DNA of 24,000 nt, from NCBI RefSeq assembly GCF_965282765.1, contig NZ_OZ392461.1; one strand, 5' to 3'. The notes below the pieces were generated by a model. The model was given only the letters and a program-made list of their open reading frames with translations, did no database searches and was not told the origin of the DNA. This document shows positions 11,661-21,384 of the stretch, piece by piece. Positions within the stretch are counted from its first letter, which is position 1. Each line of letters begins with the position of its first letter. The translations under genes were made by a program, and so were the position numbers.

Positions 11661-11810
11661 TGTAGGCATGATAAGACGCGCCAGCGTCGCATCAGGCACC
11701 GGTGCACAATTGCCGGATGCGGTGTGAACGCCTTATCCGGCCCACCGATCCGGCACAAGTTTGTAGGCATGATAAGACGCGCCTGCGTCGCATCAGGCAT
11801 CCGCGCACAA
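11661..11810. repeat. Right part of the 101-bp-period REP/BIME array
   Basis: GCACAATTGCCGG at 11704 and GCACAATT at 11805. After removing 1261 bp (IS + TSD), 11704 becomes 10443, exactly one period after 10342. Confidence 0.93.
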
Positions 11811-12308
11811 TTATAAAATAATACGCTCCCCGGCACTAAAATCCGTTATGTCTCCCGCCCAATCAATGGGATATAACCCTCGCGCTACATCGCGATGGAA
11901 CGTTGAGAATGGCCAATCACTCACCTGCTTTACCCAGCCATGTTTCACTGGATTTATATAAATATAATCAACATGATGGCGATAATCTTTTGTATTGCGA
12001 ATGGCATGCTCCCAAAAACGCGGTTGCCAGATATTTTTCAATCCGCAAGCATGGGTGAACTGCTTTTTAATCTCCCGCCAGCGAGAGGAAAAATCATCAT
12101 CACTTTCGGGTAATGTCCAGATACAGTGCATATGCTCTGGCAAAACTACCCAGGCGTTAATTTCAAAAGGTCTGGCCTGCTTAACTTTAATAATGGCGTT
12201 ACGGAGTGTCTGGTACTGGGTGGTCAAAAGTTGGCTTCGACGATTCCGTAAATTTACCGTGAAAAACCATGTTCCCCCCTTGATGTAATAACGACGATAT
12301 TCAGACAT
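11811..12308 (-). CDS. rayT: REP-associated tyrosine transposase RayT (165 aa)
   Basis: MSEYRRYYIKGGTWFFTVNLRNRR..., NAWVVLPEHMHCIWTLP (HUH-type), HVDYIYINPVKHG; flanked by REPs. Confidence 0.95.
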   Translation of the reverse strand: MSEYRRYYIKGGTWFFTVNLRNRRSQLLTTQYQTLRNAIIKVKQARPFEINAWVVLPEHMHCIWTLPESDDDFSSRWREIKKQFTHACGLKNIWQPRFWEHAIRNTKDYRHHVDYIYINPVKHGWVKQVSDWPFSTFHRDVARGLYPIDWAGDITDFSAGERIIL

Positions 12309-12403
12309 GGCGACTCCTTTTTCTCAACGATAAGAAGAAAAGGAAAAGTCGACAATGAAGTTGTGTTATATCGGGAAAGCAGCTCGCAAAAAATTCGCAG
12401 ACT

Positions 12404-12485
12404 CGTAGGCATGATAAGACGCGGCAGCGTCGCATCAGGCATCGGTGCACTATTGCCGGATGCGGCGTGAACGCCTTATCCGTCC
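12404..12485. repeat. REP/BIME unit between rayT and yafL
   Basis: GCATGATAAGACGCGGCAGCGTCGCATCAGGC...GCCGGATGCGGCGTGAACGCCTTATCCG. Confidence 0.88.
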
Positions 12486-13243
12486 TACAAAATCGTCTCT
12501 TCCGTCAAAATCCTGCGCGCGCCTAAAAAATGATCCTGCCAGAAAGGTTCAGCTAACCGACTTACCCGAATGGTTTCCCCGGTGCGCGGCGACTCGATAA
12601 ACTGACCGTCTCCCAGATACACGCCCATATGATCGGCAATCTCACGGCTGTGAATATGGAAAAACAGCAAATCTCCCCGGCGCAGGTCGTTATTCGCCAC
12701 AATCGTTGCCCGATGGTAGTGATACATCTCATTGGCCGTGCGCGGGAGCTTCGCCTCGAGGATCTTGTTGTAGGCATAAAAAACCAACCCGCTACAGTCG
12801 AAGCCTTGATCGGGCCGCGTGCCGCCCCAGACGTAAGGCTTACCAAGCTGCTGCTCCAGGCGGTGAATCGCCACTTCGGTGATGTTGTGCAGATGGTCGC
12901 TGCTTAAGAAATGGTTGTTCTCCGCCAGCGCCTGCCAGCGTCTGTCACTCGCCTTGAGCGGCGCAGGAAACCATTCTGGATGCTGTTTTATCTGTTCGCG
13001 GTTGTGCTGGCGCAGCGCCTTTCTGCTTTCGGCATTGCCTTCCACAATATAGCTGGCCTGTTTTTTCAGATGGGTTTGGTACTGTTTTAATAAACGCGCA
13101 CGGTTTTGCATCCGCTGGCGGGCGGCGTAGCTGAAAGAGATATGTGATGTGGTGGCGCTGGCGAGTAAAGGGAGCAAAACGCATAACGAAAACACGCCTG
13201 GATGCAGAAATCTGCCGTGAAAGAACGAAGACATGAAGGACAT
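12485..13243 (-). CDS. yafL: NlpC/P60-family putative cell-wall endopeptidase YafL
   Basis: Signal peptide plus GKPYVWGGTRPDQGFDCSGLVFYAYN, GDLLFFHIH..DHMGVYLGDG. Confidence 0.94.
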   Translation of the reverse strand: MSFMSSFFHGRFLHPGVFSLCVLLPLLASATTSHISFSYAARQRMQNRARLLKQYQTHLKKQASYIVEGNAESRKALRQHNREQIKQHPEWFPAPLKASDRRWQALAENNHFLSSDHLHNITEVAIHRLEQQLGKPYVWGGTRPDQGFDCSGLVFYAYNKILEAKLPRTANEMYHYHRATIVANNDLRRGDLLFFHIHSREIADHMGVYLGDGQFIESPRTGETIRVSRLAEPFWQDHFLGARRILTEETIL

Positions 13244-13534
13244 AAACCGGCTGAATGAAGGGGAGAATTTTAAAAGACCGGAGGAGTAAACGGGATTATT
13301 AATTGCTTATTTGCATATTACTATTGAGGTTTCATAATCTTAGGAAATAAATGATACATGCGCTTTTCGGACTAATGAAAACTGCCCCTGTGCTAAATTT
13401 GTAAACCCTGCGCCGACAGGCTTGCGTAAAACTCTTTTGGTGATAATGTGAGCCTTCCAAATCCAGACTATTCCGATTTGGGATCCATTTTGCCGTCCTG
13501 GCGTGTGTAACCGTTTTATCAAGGAATAAGCAGT

Positions 13535-14275
13535 ATGCGTAAAATCGCATTAATTCTTGCGATGTTGTTGATCCCGTGCGTTTCGTTTGCCGGTTTGCTG
13601 GGCAGCAGTAGCTCGACCACGCCAGTGAGCAAAGAGTATAAGCAGCAGTTGATGGGATCCCCTGTCTACATCCAGATCTTCAAGGAAGAACGTACGCTCG
13701 ATCTCTACGTCAAAATGGGCGAGCAATATCAACTGCTCGACAGCTATAAAATCTGTAAATATTCCGGCGGCTTAGGACCAAAACAGCGTCAGGGCGATTT
13801 CAAAAGCCCGGAAGGGTTTTATAGCGTCCAGCGTAATCAGTTAAAACCAGACAGCCGTTACTACAAAGCGATTAATATTGGATTCCCCAATGCCTATGAC
13901 CGTGCGCATGGTTATGAAGGGAAATACCTGATGATCCACGGCGATTGTGTTTCCATCGGCTGCTACGCGATGACCAATCAGGGTATTGATGAGATCTTCC
14001 AGTTCGTTACTGGTGCGCTGGTGTTTGGTCAGCCGAGCGTGCAAGTGAGTATTTACCCGTTCCGTATGACCGACGCTAATATGAAGCGCCATAAGTATTC
14101 CAACTTTAAGGACTTCTGGGAGCAACTGAAACCGGGCTACGACTACTTTGAGCAAACCCGTAAGCCACCGACCGTTTCTGTGGTCAATGGCCGTTACGTG
14201 GTCAGCAAGCCGTTAAGCCACGAAGTTGTGCAACCACAGCTGGCATCAAACTACACGCTCCCCGAGGCAAAATAA
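13535..14275 (+). CDS. dpaA: YkuD-type L,D-transpeptidase-fold protein (YafK/DpaA), 246 aa
   Basis: Signal peptide, [19 protein letters not shown] catalytic HGxxxxxGC-type motif. Confidence 0.93.
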   Translation: MRKIALILAMLLIPCVSFAGLLGSSSSTTPVSKEYKQQLMGSPVYIQIFKEERTLDLYVKMGEQYQLLDSYKICKYSGGLGPKQRQGDFKSPEGFYSVQRNQLKPDSRYYKAINIGFPNAYDRAHGYEGKYLMIHGDCVSIGCYAMTNQGIDEIFQFVTGALVFGQPSVQVSIYPFRMTDANMKRHKYSNFKDFWEQLKPGYDYFEQTRKPPTVSVVNGRYVVSKPLSHEVVQPQLASNYTLPEAK

Positions 14276-15013
14276 GCGCCATTCGCCTGGCATAATCTTT
14301 TGCCAGGTTTCATTGCCCGTCAGCGGCTGTGTCGCAATCACCGTGACCACATCATTAGGTGTGGTCTGCGAGCTGAAGTCGATTTCCACATCCTGATCCA
14401 GCAACGTTGCCACGCCAAACGGCGCGCGGCGGGTGATCCAGTGTAAATTAGTCGAGCAATACGCCATTACATAGCGCCCGTCTGAAAGCAGCATGTTGAA
14501 AACGCCCTTCTGCCGCAGTTCATCCGCCAGTGAGGCGATATATTTAAACACTGCCGCCATGTTGCCCGGTGTGCGCGGGTAACGCTGCGTTAATTTATGC
14601 AGGAGCCAGCAAAAGGCTTTTTCGCTATCGGTTTCACCGACCGGGCGGAAGTTGCCGGTTTCCAGTGATTTGTAGCCCGTCAGTTGCCCGTTATGGGCAT
14701 AAGTCCAGTTGCGTCCCCATAACTCGCGGGTAAACGGGTGAGTATTTTCCAGCGCCACCTCGCCCCGATTGGCCTGCCGAATATGAGCCACAACCGAACA
14801 GGATTTTATCGGGTAGTCCTGGACAAGTTTGGCGATGGGGGAATTAAAGCTGGGTTGTGGATCTTTAAATGTGCGACAGCCTTTACCTTCGTAAAAGGTG
14901 ATGCCCCAGCCATCTTTATGTGGCCCGGTTCCACCACCACGCTGTACAAGCCCGGTGAAACTAAAGCAGATATCGGTAGGGACGTTGGCGCTCATCCCGA
15001 GCAATTCGCACAT
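14246..15013 (-). CDS. yafJ: Class II glutamine amidotransferase-like protein YafJ (255 aa from MCELLGM)
   Basis: Cys2-type N-terminus [14 protein letters not shown]..., [14 protein letters not shown]; overlaps the dpaA 3' end convergently. Confidence 0.95.
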   Translation of the reverse strand: MCELLGMSANVPTDICFSFTGLVQRGGGTGPHKDGWGITFYEGKGCRTFKDPQPSFNSPIAKLVQDYPIKSCSVVAHIRQANRGEVALENTHPFTRELWGRNWTYAHNGQLTGYKSLETGNFRPVGETDSEKAFCWLLHKLTQRYPRTPGNMAAVFKYIASLADELRQKGVFNMLLSDGRYVMAYCSTNLHWITRRAPFGVATLLDQDVEIDFSSQTTPNDVVTVIATQPLTGNETWQKIMPGEWRLFCLGERVV

Positions 15014-15081
15014 GGGTAACCTCCACAACAGCGGGAGCGCATGGCCCCCGGCGAAGATTGATTTAAGTATTTTCAGGTCGG

Positions 15082-15217
<136 letters not shown>

Positions 15218-15218
15218 C

Positions 15219-15797
15219 TTACTTAACCATCTCTTTTTCAATTAACTGGATCAGGATATGGATCACTTTAATGTGGATCTCCTGAATGCGGTCGGCATAA
15301 CCAAAGTGCGGTACGCGAATTTCGATATCCGCTGTGCCAGCCATTTTACCGCCGTCTTTACCGGTCAGGGTGATCACTTTCATCCCCTTCTCACGCGCCG
15401 CCGCGATCGCTTTGATCACGTTTGCAGAGTTACCTGAGGTGGAGATCCCCAGCAGTACATCGCCTTCGCGACCTACCGCTTCAACGTAACGGGAGAAAAT
15501 ATCATTGAAACCAAAATCGTTACCGACGCAGGAAATATGACTAACGTCGGAAATGGCAATCGCCGGGTAGCCCGGACGGTTTTCACGGTAGCGACCGGTC
15601 AACTCTTCGGCAAAGTGCATAGCGTCGCAATGGGAGCCGCCGTTGCCGCAGGAAAGCACTTTGCCACCAGCTTTAAAGCTGTCTGCTAACAGGACCGCCG
15701 CGCGCTGAATGGCGTGAATATTGGCGTCATCTTTTAAAAAGTTAGCCAGCGTTTCCGCCGCTTCGTTCAGTTCGTTACGAATAAGATCCTGGTACAT
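15219..15797 (-). CDS. gmhA: Sedoheptulose-7-phosphate isomerase (192 aa from MYQDLIR)
   Basis: SIS domain: [34 protein letters not shown]; ATG at 15795-15797. Confidence 0.97.
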
Positions 15798-15998
15798 GAG
15801 GATATCCTTCAGCATAAATGTAATAGACAAAATGCAGTGTACCGGATACCGCCAAAAGCGAGAAGTACGGGCAGGTGCTATGACCAGGACTTTTTGACCT
15901 GAAGTGCGGATAAAAACAGCAACAATGTGAGCTTTGTTGTAATTATATTGTAAACACATTGCTAAATGTTTTTACATCCACTACAACCATATCATCAC

Positions 15999-16015
15999 AA
16001 GTGGTCAGACCTCCT
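15999..16015 (+). promoter_or_regulatory. FadR operator-like site upstream of fadE
   Basis: AAGTGGTCAGACCTCCT resembles the recalled FadR operator (..TGGTCNGAC..). Confidence 0.7.
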
Positions 16016-16036
16016 ACAAGTAAGGGGCTTTTCGTT

Positions 16037-18481
16037 ATGATGATTTTGAGTATTCTCGCTACGGTTGTCCTGCTCGGCGCGTTGTTCTATCACCGCGTGA
16101 GCTTATTTATCAGCAGTCTGATTTTGCTCGCCTGGACAGCCGCCCTCGGCGTTGCTGGTCTGTGGTCGGCGTGGGTACTGGTGCCTCTGGCCATTATCCT
16201 CGTGCCATTTAACTTTGCGCCTATGCGTAAGTCGATGATTTCCGCGCCGGTATTTCGCGGTTTCCGTAAGGTAATGCCGCCGATGTCGCGCACTGAGAAA
16301 GAAGCGATTGATGCGGGCACCACCTGGTGGGAGGGCGACTTGTTCCAGGGCAAGCCGGACTGGAAAAAGCTGCATAACTATCCGCAGCCGCGCCTGACCG
16401 CAGAAGAGCAAGCGTTTCTCGACGGCCCGGTAGAAGAAGCCTGCCGGATGGCGAATGATTTCCAGATTACTCATGAGCTGGCGGATCTGCCGCCGGAGTT
16501 GTGGGCGTACCTTAAAGAGCATCGTTTCTTCGCGATGATCATCAAAAAAGAGTACGGCGGGCTGGAGTTCTCGGCTTATGCCCAGTCTCGCGTGCTGCAA
16601 AAACTCTCCGGCGTGAGCGGGATCCTGGCGATTACCGTCGGTGTGCCAAACTCATTAGGCCCGGGTGAGCTACTGCAACATTACGGCACTGACGAGCAGA
16701 AAGATCACTATCTGCCGCGTCTGGCGCGTGGTCAGGAAATCCCTTGCTTTGCACTGACCAGCCCGGAAGCGGGTTCCGATGCGGGCGCGATTCCGGATAC
16801 CGGAATTGTCTGCATGGGGGAATGGCAGGGCCAGCAGGTGCTGGGGATGCGTCTGACCTGGAACAAACGTTACATTACGCTCGCACCGATTGCGACCGTG
16901 CTTGGTCTGGCGTTTAAACTATCCGACCCGGAAAAACTGCTGGGTGGCGCAGAAGATTTAGGTATTACCTGTGCGCTGATCCCGACCACCACGCCGGGCG
17001 TGGAAATTGGTCGTCGCCACTTCCCGCTGAACGTGCCGTTCCAGAACGGACCGACGCGCGGTAAAGATGTCTTCGTACCGATCGATTACATTATCGGCGG
17101 GCCGAAAATGGCCGGACAAGGCTGGCGGATGCTGGTGGAGTGCCTCTCGGTAGGCCGCGGTATCACCCTGCCTTCCAACTCAACCGGCGGCGTGAAATCG
17201 GTAGCGCTGGCAACGGGTGCGTATGCGCACATCCGCCGTCAGTTCAAAATCTCTATTGGTAAGATGGAAGGGATTGAAGAGCCGCTGGCGCGTATTGCCG
17301 GAAACGCTTATGTAATGGATGCTGCGGCATCGCTGATTACCTACGGCATTATGCTCGGTGAAAAACCTGCCGTGCTGTCGGCTATCGTTAAGTATCACTG
17401 TACCCACCGTGGGCAGCAGTCGATTATTGATGCGATGGATATCACTGGTGGCAAAGGCATTATGCTCGGGCAGAGCAACTTCCTGGCCCGTGCTTACCAG
17501 GGCGCACCGATTGCCATCACCGTTGAAGGGGCCAACATTCTGACCCGTAGCATGATGATCTTCGGTCAGGGGGCGATTCGTTGCCATCCGTACGTGCTGG
17601 AAGAGATGGAAGCGGCGAAGAACAATGACGTAAACGCGTTCGATAAACTGCTGTTCAAACATATCGGTCACGTCGGTAGCAACAAAGTTCGCAGCTTCTG
17701 GCTGGGCCTGACGCGCGGTTTAACCAGCAGCACGCCAACCGGCGATGCCACTAAACGCTACTATCAGCACCTGAACCGCCTGAGCGCCAACCTCGCCCTG
17801 CTTTCTGATGTCTCGATGGCTGTGCTGGGCGGCAGCTTGAAACGTCGCGAGCGTATCTCGGCACGTCTGGGGGATATTTTAAGCCAGCTTTACCTCGCCT
17901 CTGCCGTTCTGAAGCGTTATGACGACGAAGGCCGTAATGAAGCCGACCTGCCGCTGGTGCACTGGGGCGTACAGGATGCGCTGTATCAGGCAGAGCAGGC
18001 GATGGACGATTTACTGCAAAACTTCCCGAACCGCGTGGTTGCCGGGCTGCTGAATGTGGTGATCTTCCCGACCGGACGTCATTATCTGGCACCGTCTGAC
18101 AAGCTGGATCATAAGGTGGCGAAGATTTTACAAGTGCCGAACGCCACCCGTTCACGTATTGGTCGCGGTCAGTACCTGACCCCGAGCGAGCATAACCCGG
18201 TTGGTTTACTGGAAGAGGCGCTGGTGGATGTGATTGCCGCCGACCCAATTCATCAGCGGATCTGTAAAGAGCTGGGTAAAAACCTGCCGTTTACCCGTCT
18301 GGATGAACTGGCGCATAACGCGCTGGCGAAGGGGCTGATTGATAAAGATGAAGCCGCTATTCTTGTGAAAGCTGAAGAAAGCCGTCTGCGCAGTATTAAT
18401 GTCGATGACTTTGATCCGGAAGAGCTTGCGACGAAGCCGGTAAAGTTGCCGGAGAAAGTGCGAAAAGTTGAAGCCGCGTAA
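16037..18481 (+). CDS. fadE: Acyl-CoA dehydrogenase FadE (814 aa from [11 protein letters not shown])
   Basis: Acyl-CoA dehydrogenase motifs ([25 protein letters not shown]). Tracked ORF begins at 15959; K-12 start at 16037 preferred. Confidence 0.97.
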   Translation: MMILSILATVVLLGALFYHRVSLFISSLILLAWTAALGVAGLWSAWVLVPLAIILVPFNFAPMRKSMISAPVFRGFRKVMPPMSRTEKEAIDAGTTWWEGDLFQGKPDWKKLHNYPQPRLTAEEQAFLDGPVEEACRMANDFQITHELADLPPELWAYLKEHRFFAMIIKKEYGGLEFSAYAQSRVLQKLSGVSGILAITVGVPNSLGPGELLQHYGTDEQKDHYLPRLARGQEIPCFALTSPEAGSDAGAIPDTGIVCMGEWQGQQVLGMRLTWNKRYITLAPIATVLGLAFKLSDPEKLLGGAEDLGITCALIPTTTPGVEIGRRHFPLNVPFQNGPTRGKDVFVPIDYIIGGPKMAGQGWRMLVECLSVGRGITLPSNSTGGVKSVALATGAYAHIRRQFKISIGKMEGIEEPLARIAGNAYVMDAAASLITYGIMLGEKPAVLSAIVKYHCTHRGQQSIIDAMDITGGKGIMLGQSNFLARAYQGAPIAITVEGANILTRSMMIFGQGAIRCHPYVLEEMEAAKNNDVNAFDKLLFKHIGHVGSNKVRSFWLGLTRGLTSSTPTGDATKRYYQHLNRLSANLALLSDVSMAVLGGSLKRRERISARLGDILSQLYLASAVLKRYDDEGRNEADLPLVHWGVQDALYQAEQAMDDLLQNFPNRVVAGLLNVVIFPTGRHYLAPSDKLDHKVAKILQVPNATRSRIGRGQYLTPSEHNPVGLLEEALVDVIAADPIHQRICKELGKNLPFTRLDELAHNALAKGLIDKDEAAILVKAEESRLRSINVDDFDPEELATKPVKLPEKVRKVEAA

Positions 18482-18489
18482 TTGAATAA

Positions 18490-18513
18490 CGGAGCCGAAA
18501 GGCTCCGTTTCTT
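18490..18513 (+). terminator. Rho-independent terminator of fadE
   Basis: GGAGCC-GAAA-GGCTCC followed by GTTTCTTT, 8 nt after the fadE stop. Confidence 0.85.
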
Positions 18514-18523
18514 TATCCGCTAA

Positions 18524-18997
18524 TTATTTAAAATTAAAACCATCCGGATGGTTTTCCAGGCTGCCGGTCAACGCCGCGAACAGCACCGTTTTACCATCAA
18601 TCGAAAGCGCATCGTTCACATTCAACCAGGTGAGTTTCTCTTGCGACGTTTTCTCATCAATAGTCGAGAACAGCCCCGTCATCTGATTAGATTTCTCGGA
18701 CCACATCACAGCGATACGTTGCGAGCCACAGTCATGCGGTTTGCACGCGCTCATCACCTGATACGTCTCATCTCCCAACGTTACGGTTTGTGCGGGAGTA
18801 TAAGTACCGCCTTTCATCACCCATGCAGGCAGCTTATGCCCTTGCACCATCTGATTAAACGCAGCTTTGGTGGTTTCGCCCTTTGCAAGGCTGCTAATGG
18901 TTAAATCATCCTGCGCCATTGCACTGGTGGCGATGACCAGAGCGGCGACTGTCGTTATTGCCTTAAACATCATTCCTCCCGAGCTTATCCTGCCCAT
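18524..18997 (-). CDS. ivy: Ivy, inhibitor of vertebrate C-type lysozyme (157 aa; alternative start MMFKAIT)
   Basis: Signal peptide and the CKPHDCGSQR loop motif. Confidence 0.97.
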   Translation of the reverse strand: MGRISSGGMMFKAITTVAALVIATSAMAQDDLTISSLAKGETTKAAFNQMVQGHKLPAWVMKGGTYTPAQTVTLGDETYQVMSACKPHDCGSQRIAVMWSEKSNQMTGLFSTIDEKTSQEKLTWLNVNDALSIDGKTVLFAALTGSLENHPDGFNFK

Positions 18998-19150
18998 GTT
19001 ATTAACCTCCTAAAGCCTGGCGATAACACGATAATTTGCAAATCAGATATTTCCAATATCAGCATTTGTTATCAATTTATTCTGCGCTAAGGCAACTGCC
19101 TGATAAGGTGTTAAAGTTATAAAACCCTTCGCATAAAGGAGTTGTACACC

Positions 19151-19921
19151 GTGCCTGGTTTGAAGATTACGCTTTTGCAGCAACCACTGGTGTGGATGGA
19201 TGGTCCTGCCAACCTGCGTCATTTTGATCGTCAACTGGAAGATATTACCGGACGCGATGTGATCGTTCTACCGGAGATGTTTACCAGCGGCTTTGCCATG
19301 GAAGCGGCAGCTTCGTCGCTAGCACAAGATGACGTAGTGAACTGGATGACAGCCAAAGCGCAGCAGTGCAATGCGCTGATTGCAGGCAGTGTTGCATTAC
19401 AAACGGAGTCTGGTTCGGTTAACCGCTTTTTGCTGGTTGAGCCAGGCGGCACGGTACATTTTTATGATAAGCGTCATCTGTTCCGCATGGCAGATGAGCA
19501 TCTGCATTATAAAGCGGGCAATGCGCGAGTGATTGTGGAATGGCGCGGCTGGCGTATTTTGCCGCTGGTGTGCTACGACTTACGTTTTCCTGTGTGGTCG
19601 CGCAATCTCAACGATTACGACCTCGCCCTGTACGTCGCCAACTGGCCGGCTCCGCGCTCTCTGCACTGGCAGGCATTGCTGACGGCCCGCGCGATTGAGA
19701 ATCAAGCGTATGTGGCGGGATGCAATCGCGTCGGCAGCGATGGCAACGGCTGCCATTATCGCGGTGACAGCCGGGTGATTAATCCACAGGGCGAGATTAT
19801 CGCCACCGCCGACGCGCATCAGGCAACGCGCATTGATGCGGAGCTGTCGATGGCGGCATTGCGGGAATATAGAGAAAAGTTTCCGGCATGGCGGGATGCG
19901 GATGAGTTTAGGTTGTGGTGA
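19151..19921 (+). CDS. yafV: Omega-amidase YafV (nitrilase family), GTG start, 256 aa
   Basis: Glu-Lys-Cys nitrilase motifs: [29 protein letters not shown]. Confidence 0.95.
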   Translation: MPGLKITLLQQPLVWMDGPANLRHFDRQLEDITGRDVIVLPEMFTSGFAMEAAASSLAQDDVVNWMTAKAQQCNALIAGSVALQTESGSVNRFLLVEPGGTVHFYDKRHLFRMADEHLHYKAGNARVIVEWRGWRILPLVCYDLRFPVWSRNLNDYDLALYVANWPAPRSLHWQALLTARAIENQAYVAGCNRVGSDGNGCHYRGDSRVINPQGEIIATADAHQATRIDAELSMAALREYREKFPAWRDADEFRLW

Positions 19922-19957
19922 GTGGGTGTTGTGTTTAGGGCCGGGGAGAGTCGGGCT

Positions 19958-20172
19958 AAGACTACGAAAGCCCGCTCCCCTGCGACCACTTTTATCATAG
20001 GAGTGTGGAAGCGCTTTTCCATCAATTGCGATGACGTCTTTATCATTTGATGAATGGCAATCTCGCATCCAGTTAATAAAGCATTCGTGAAATTATACTG
20101 AACGGATACAAGACATAACTCTAATTATGGTGCCGTGAACAGAATTACCATTTTCAAAATTACGATATTATT
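19958..20172 (-). mobile_element. Internally deleted H-repeat (ISAs1 family) remnant
   Basis: Terminal-like AGACTACGAAAGCCCGCTCCCC joined directly to internal transposase sequence (...[18 protein letters not shown]...), diverged from the intact copy. Confidence 0.85.
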
Positions 20173-20192
20173 TGCAGTAATTATGTTATTAA

Positions 20193-20705
20193 TCATTGTG
20201 ATATTTCCATCTCTGTGATTAATACCGGATAAGCATTTAATTGCAGAGTTTGCACGAAATTATCGCAGATAACTGGCAATAACAATAACCCATCAGCCCG
20301 CTGCTGTAATACCTCCATTCGTTCTACTGATTCAACATTAACAACCAAACCAAGGGCATTTAGCGATTTAAGGATCTCCAGATGTTCACTCATCCAGCGC
20401 AGAGAAAAAGGATCATCACCAATTATAAAAACAGGCCCCCAGCCGGTTAATAACTGGCGTTTCATTACGGAGCCAGGATGAAGTCGAGTACATATTACAG
20501 GAAATACCCCCTGTTGCGATGGTTCCGATGATGTGGATAATTCAGAAATATTTTCCATTGTTAGTGAAGAATTAACATCCATTAATAATGGTGAAACAAC
20601 CTCACTTTCCTTGCTAGTAATGGCTGCACTAATCTGAAAGGAAAATAACAATATTATTACGTATAAACTTATTTTTAACATAACACATTCAATCCGTTTA
20701 TTCAT
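20193..20705 (-). CDS. Integrating-conjugative-element protein, PFL_4695/TIGR03765-like, with signal peptide (170 aa)
   Basis: Recalled family pattern: FPV..LHPGSV, GPVFIIGDDPFSLRWMSEHLEILKSLNALGLVVNVES...LPVICDNFVQTLQLNAYPVLIT. Confidence 0.7.
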   Translation of the reverse strand: MNKRIECVMLKISLYVIILLFSFQISAAITSKESEVVSPLLMDVNSSLTMENISELSTSSEPSQQGVFPVICTRLHPGSVMKRQLLTGWGPVFIIGDDPFSLRWMSEHLEILKSLNALGLVVNVESVERMEVLQQRADGLLLLPVICDNFVQTLQLNAYPVLITEMEISQ

Positions 20706-20771
20706 GTTATAGAATAATAATGCTATAAATCATCATTAATGTTCAATTATTTAATCACACAATTTAAAAAA

Positions 20772-21275
20772 TCATCGACCAATGTGAATTGGCAATGTAC
20801 CACTCAAGTTAAAATCACTGAATATTTTATCAATTTCTCTTGCAGTTTCTATATATTTAACCTCTTTCGTACTTGCATTATAAATAGCCCAAGCCTCGGG
20901 ATGGGATGTTCCACCAAACCTTACAAAAAAACTTGATTTCATATTATTATATAAATTAACATCAGGAAAAGGATCTTCTCCAAAATTAGTAGTATTAAAT
21001 AATGAAAGTTCGTATCGCTTAGAAAATTCTGTTGGTAGGATAGCTTCACTGCCATCAATAGCATTCATCCAGAGTTTGTTACCATTATATTCCAACAATA
21101 ATCTCTGTTTTGCATGTGTCTTATCTCGTTCTTTAACGACAGCGAATACCTTTTTAACAACTTGCTGTGCGGATGGTCCTATTGTATTACCAAAAGCTGG
21201 CAACCCGATTTTGCCATAAACACTCTCCTGAATGAAATAAATATCCGTTTTATCGGCCTCGACAATATCTACCAT
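20772..21275 (-). CDS. Hypothetical 167-aa protein, unrecognised family
   Basis: Long ORF in AT-rich DNA with a good RBS (GGAGGG-ATAA-ATG) immediately upstream. Confidence 0.75.
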   Translation of the reverse strand: MVDIVEADKTDIYFIQESVYGKIGLPAFGNTIGPSAQQVVKKVFAVVKERDKTHAKQRLLLEYNGNKLWMNAIDGSEAILPTEFSKRYELSLFNTTNFGEDPFPDVNLYNNMKSSFFVRFGGTSHPEAWAIYNASTKEVKYIETAREIDKIFSDFNLSGTLPIHIGR

Positions 21276-21302
21276 TTATCCCTCCAAACAAGACCTGACT
21301 CC

Positions 21303-21347
21303 AGGACAAGAGCATAGTGTGTAGTAAACACTTCATGCTCTTGCCCT
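21303..21347. repeat. Long imperfect hairpin (13-bp outer + 5-bp inner stem) upstream of the 167-aa ORF
   Basis: AGGACAAGAGCAT-AGTGT-GTAGTAA-ACACT-TC-ATGCTCTTGCCCT; one G.T-type mismatch in the outer arms. Confidence 0.85.
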
Positions 21348-21384
21348 GACCATTGAAATAACAACTTTCGTTTGTTTACTGTAC

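Noticed and set aside
13457-13481. CCAAATC-N11-GATTTGG inverted repeat upstream of dpaA
   Set aside because: Only 7 bp with an 11-nt loop and no supporting context; noted but too weak to call as an operator or terminator.
17180-17671. Antisense ORFs over fadE (also 16103-16600 and 17751-18248)
   Set aside because: fadE coding frame is unambiguous; these are complement-frame artefacts.
19580-20068. 162-aa ORF starting [18 protein letters not shown]
   Set aside because: Chimera: the first ~30 residues are an H-repeat remnant and the remainder is antisense to yafV, so it is not a real protein.
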